A stretch of DNA of 54,373 nt, taken from Polyangiales bacterium. GTDB lineage: Bacteria; Myxococcota_A; Polyangia; Polyangiales; Houyiibacteriaceae. Location: contig JBGCFM010000102.1 of the NCBI GenBank assembly GCA_045106895.1, positions 1-54,373 of the forward strand, in the 5' to 3' direction. A model generated the notes under the pieces. That model was not told the DNA's origin. It saw nothing but the letters and a program-made list of their open reading frames with translations, and did not search any database. The position numbers were made by a program, and so were the translations under genes. Below are positions 52,700 to 54,373 of this stretch, piece after piece. Every line of letters starts with the position of its first letter. The stretch's first letter is position 1.

Positions 52700-52918
52700 A
52701 TGAGCGAACCGAACACCTACATCAACATTCCGATGACAAAAGCCGAGGAAGAGCGCGTTCGCAAAGCGGACAAGGTCTGGACCGGCCCGAAGCTTATTAT
52801 GCTGGTGGGCGCGACCCTTGGTTTCGCGTTCCTTGTGCTGTACCTCTCGAGCGCCCACATCATTGGGCCTTCCATGCCTGAGGTACACGCAGCACCAGGC
52901 GCCCTCACGGGCTACTGA
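52700..52918 (+). CDS. Small single-TM hypothetical protein
   Basis: 72 aa from ATG 52700 with a TM segment LIMLVGATLGFAFLVLYL; followed by a GC-rich hairpin. Confidence 0.6.
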   Translation: MSEPNTYINIPMTKAEEERVRKADKVWTGPKLIMLVGATLGFAFLVLYLSSAHIIGPSMPEVHAAPGALTGY

Positions 52919-53012
52919 GCCGCCCAGGAGCCCCTCTCGGGCTTCCTAGCAACGCCCACCCCCGTCCACAGGCGCCGGCCCCAGAATCGGGCTGAGAGCG
53001 CCGGATGACGGC

Positions 53013-53870
53013 TCAGGGAAGCAGTTTCGCCTTCAACGAGTCGAGCTCGTCGTAGCTCGCGTAGCTGATGCGCAGCGAACCCTTTTCGCCCTGCCCCGGC
53101 TCCAACGTGACCTTCGCGCCAAGCGCATGTGAAAGCTGACGCTCCAGGTCCTTCACGTTGGCCGACTTCTTCGATGGCGTGACGGCCTTCGTGTTGTTCT
53201 TTGAACCACGTGTTCGCCGTTCCGTCTCGCGCACGCTCCAGCGGCCAGCAACGGCTGCCCGGCCGAGCTTGCGCATCGAATCGACGGTCTCGGCACCCAG
53301 CAACGCGCGGCCGTGGCCTTCGGTCAACGCACCATCCTCGACGAGGTCGAGAAGGTCCGCTGGCAGCTTCAACAAACGCAGCGCGTTGCTCACCGTCGAG
53401 CGGTCTTTGCCCACGCGTTCTGCCACCTGCTCCTGCGTGTGGCTGAACTCGTCTACGAGGCGTTGAAATGCACGCGCCGTCTCAACGGGGTTGAGGTCCT
53501 CGCGCTGAATGTTCTCAACAAGCGCTGCCTCGAAGGCCGCAGCGTCAGTCAGGTCGCGAACGAATATCGGCACCTCGCGCAGACCCGCGCGCTGAGCCGC
53601 ACGCCAACGACGCTCGCCGGCAATGATCTCGAAGCCCTTCTTCTCTTTCCGAACAAGTATGGGCTCCAGCACGCCGTGGGCTGTGATGGAGGCGGCAAGC
53701 TCGTCGAGGGCAGCGTCATCGAAACGTCGACGAGGCTGTCCACGACCGGGCCTCAGCTCCTCGATGCGCGCCGTGTTCGCCGCAGACTTCTTCGAGGAAG
53801 GAGCCGCGGGTAGAAGCCCGTCAAGGCCACGCCCGAGACGCCGTTTGTTCGTCGACTTCGCTTTACTCAA
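53013..53870 (-). CDS. parB: Chromosome partitioning protein ParB
   Basis: LGRGLDGLL, QPRRRF, GVLEPILVR, AGERRWRA, ENIQREDLNPVE, HTH VGKDRSTVSNALRLL. Confidence 0.97.
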   Translation of the reverse strand: MSKAKSTNKRRLGRGLDGLLPAAPSSKKSAANTARIEELRPGRGQPRRRFDDAALDELAASITAHGVLEPILVRKEKKGFEIIAGERRWRAAQRAGLREVPIFVRDLTDAAAFEAALVENIQREDLNPVETARAFQRLVDEFSHTQEQVAERVGKDRSTVSNALRLLKLPADLLDLVEDGALTEGHGRALLGAETVDSMRKLGRAAVAGRWSVRETERRTRGSKNNTKAVTPSKKSANVKDLERQLSHALGAKVTLEPGQGEKGSLRISYASYDELDSLKAKLLP

Positions 53871-54373
53871 AGCTCCTCCAAATCATCGAGAAGCTCCCGA
53901 GCGAGCGCTAGGTAGCCATAGGAACCTCGACTTGCTGCATCATACAGAATGACCGGGCGTCCGTGCGAGGGGGCTTCGGCGAGGCGAATATTCCGCGGGA
54001 TAATCGACTCGTACACACGAAAGTGCGCGCGCACTTCTTCACTGACTTCGCGCGCCAGGTTGTTTCGTGCGTCGAACATGGTGAGCACCACGCCATGAAC
54101 TTCGAGGTCCGGGTTTAGACCACTCTTCACGCGGTCGATGGTGCCCTTCAGCTGCGAGAGGCCCTCAAGCGCGTAGTACTCACACTGCAAAGGCACAACG
54201 ACGTAGTCAGCGGCACAGAGAGCGTTGATCGTCAGCGTACCCAAAGACGGGGGGCAGTCGATGACGATGTAGTCGTAGTCGTCCATGACGCTCTCGAGGG
54301 CGCCTCGAAGCCGGAACGCCTGGTCGTCTTCATCTGCAAGCTCGCGCTCGATGGCGACGAGGTCCTGCGTCGC
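53867..54373 (-). CDS. parA: Chromosome partitioning ATPase ParA/Soj (C-terminal part; truncated by the window edge)
   Basis: YDYIVIDCPPSLG, VPLQCEYYALEG, TMFDAR, IPRNIRLAEAPSHG; overlaps the parB start. Confidence 0.95.
   Translation of the reverse strand, partial: ATQDLVAIERELADEDDQAFRLRGALESVMDDYDYIVIDCPPSLGTLTINALCAADYVVVPLQCEYYALEGLSQLKGTIDRVKSGLNPDLEVHGVVLTMFDARNNLAREVSEEVRAHFRVYESIIPRNIRLAEAPSHGRPVILYDAASRGSYGYLALARELLDDLEEL

Overview
A GC-rich, gene-dense bacterial chromosome segment, most likely from a myxobacterium (Myxococcota, probably Polyangiales/Sandaracinaceae-like). This is inferred from a MYXO-CTERM tail, an MglA-type GTPase, tandem lspA genes, a Pkn-type kinase and many Cys-rich lipoproteins with D-A-G linkers. 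Most of it is core housekeeping DNA: scpA (plus the probable start of scpB), bcp, folD, type-2 ileS, lgt, two lspA, moeB, nnr, pdxJ, prkA, an RluA-family gene, greA, carB, tsaE, map, a MATE transporter, parB and a partial parA. Cell-envelope genes are interspersed. I found no mobile element, CRISPR array, tRNA or rRNA, and I cannot claim a clearly new multi-gene system. The best leads are four. (1) A 1954-aa Asp-rich, calcium-binding-repeat MYXO-CTERM surface protein has a hairpin over its translation start and lies directly upstream of lspA-lspA-lgt, whose products carry Cys-containing insertions. (2) An ECF sigma gene has a near-consensus sigma54 promoter and a phased 11-bp direct repeat upstream. 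(3) An orphan MglA paralog is translationally coupled to a metallo-beta-lactamase-fold hydrolase. (4) ScpA and the probable ScpB carry repeat-encoded acidic tails. All family assignments come from motif recognition by eye; no database search was run.
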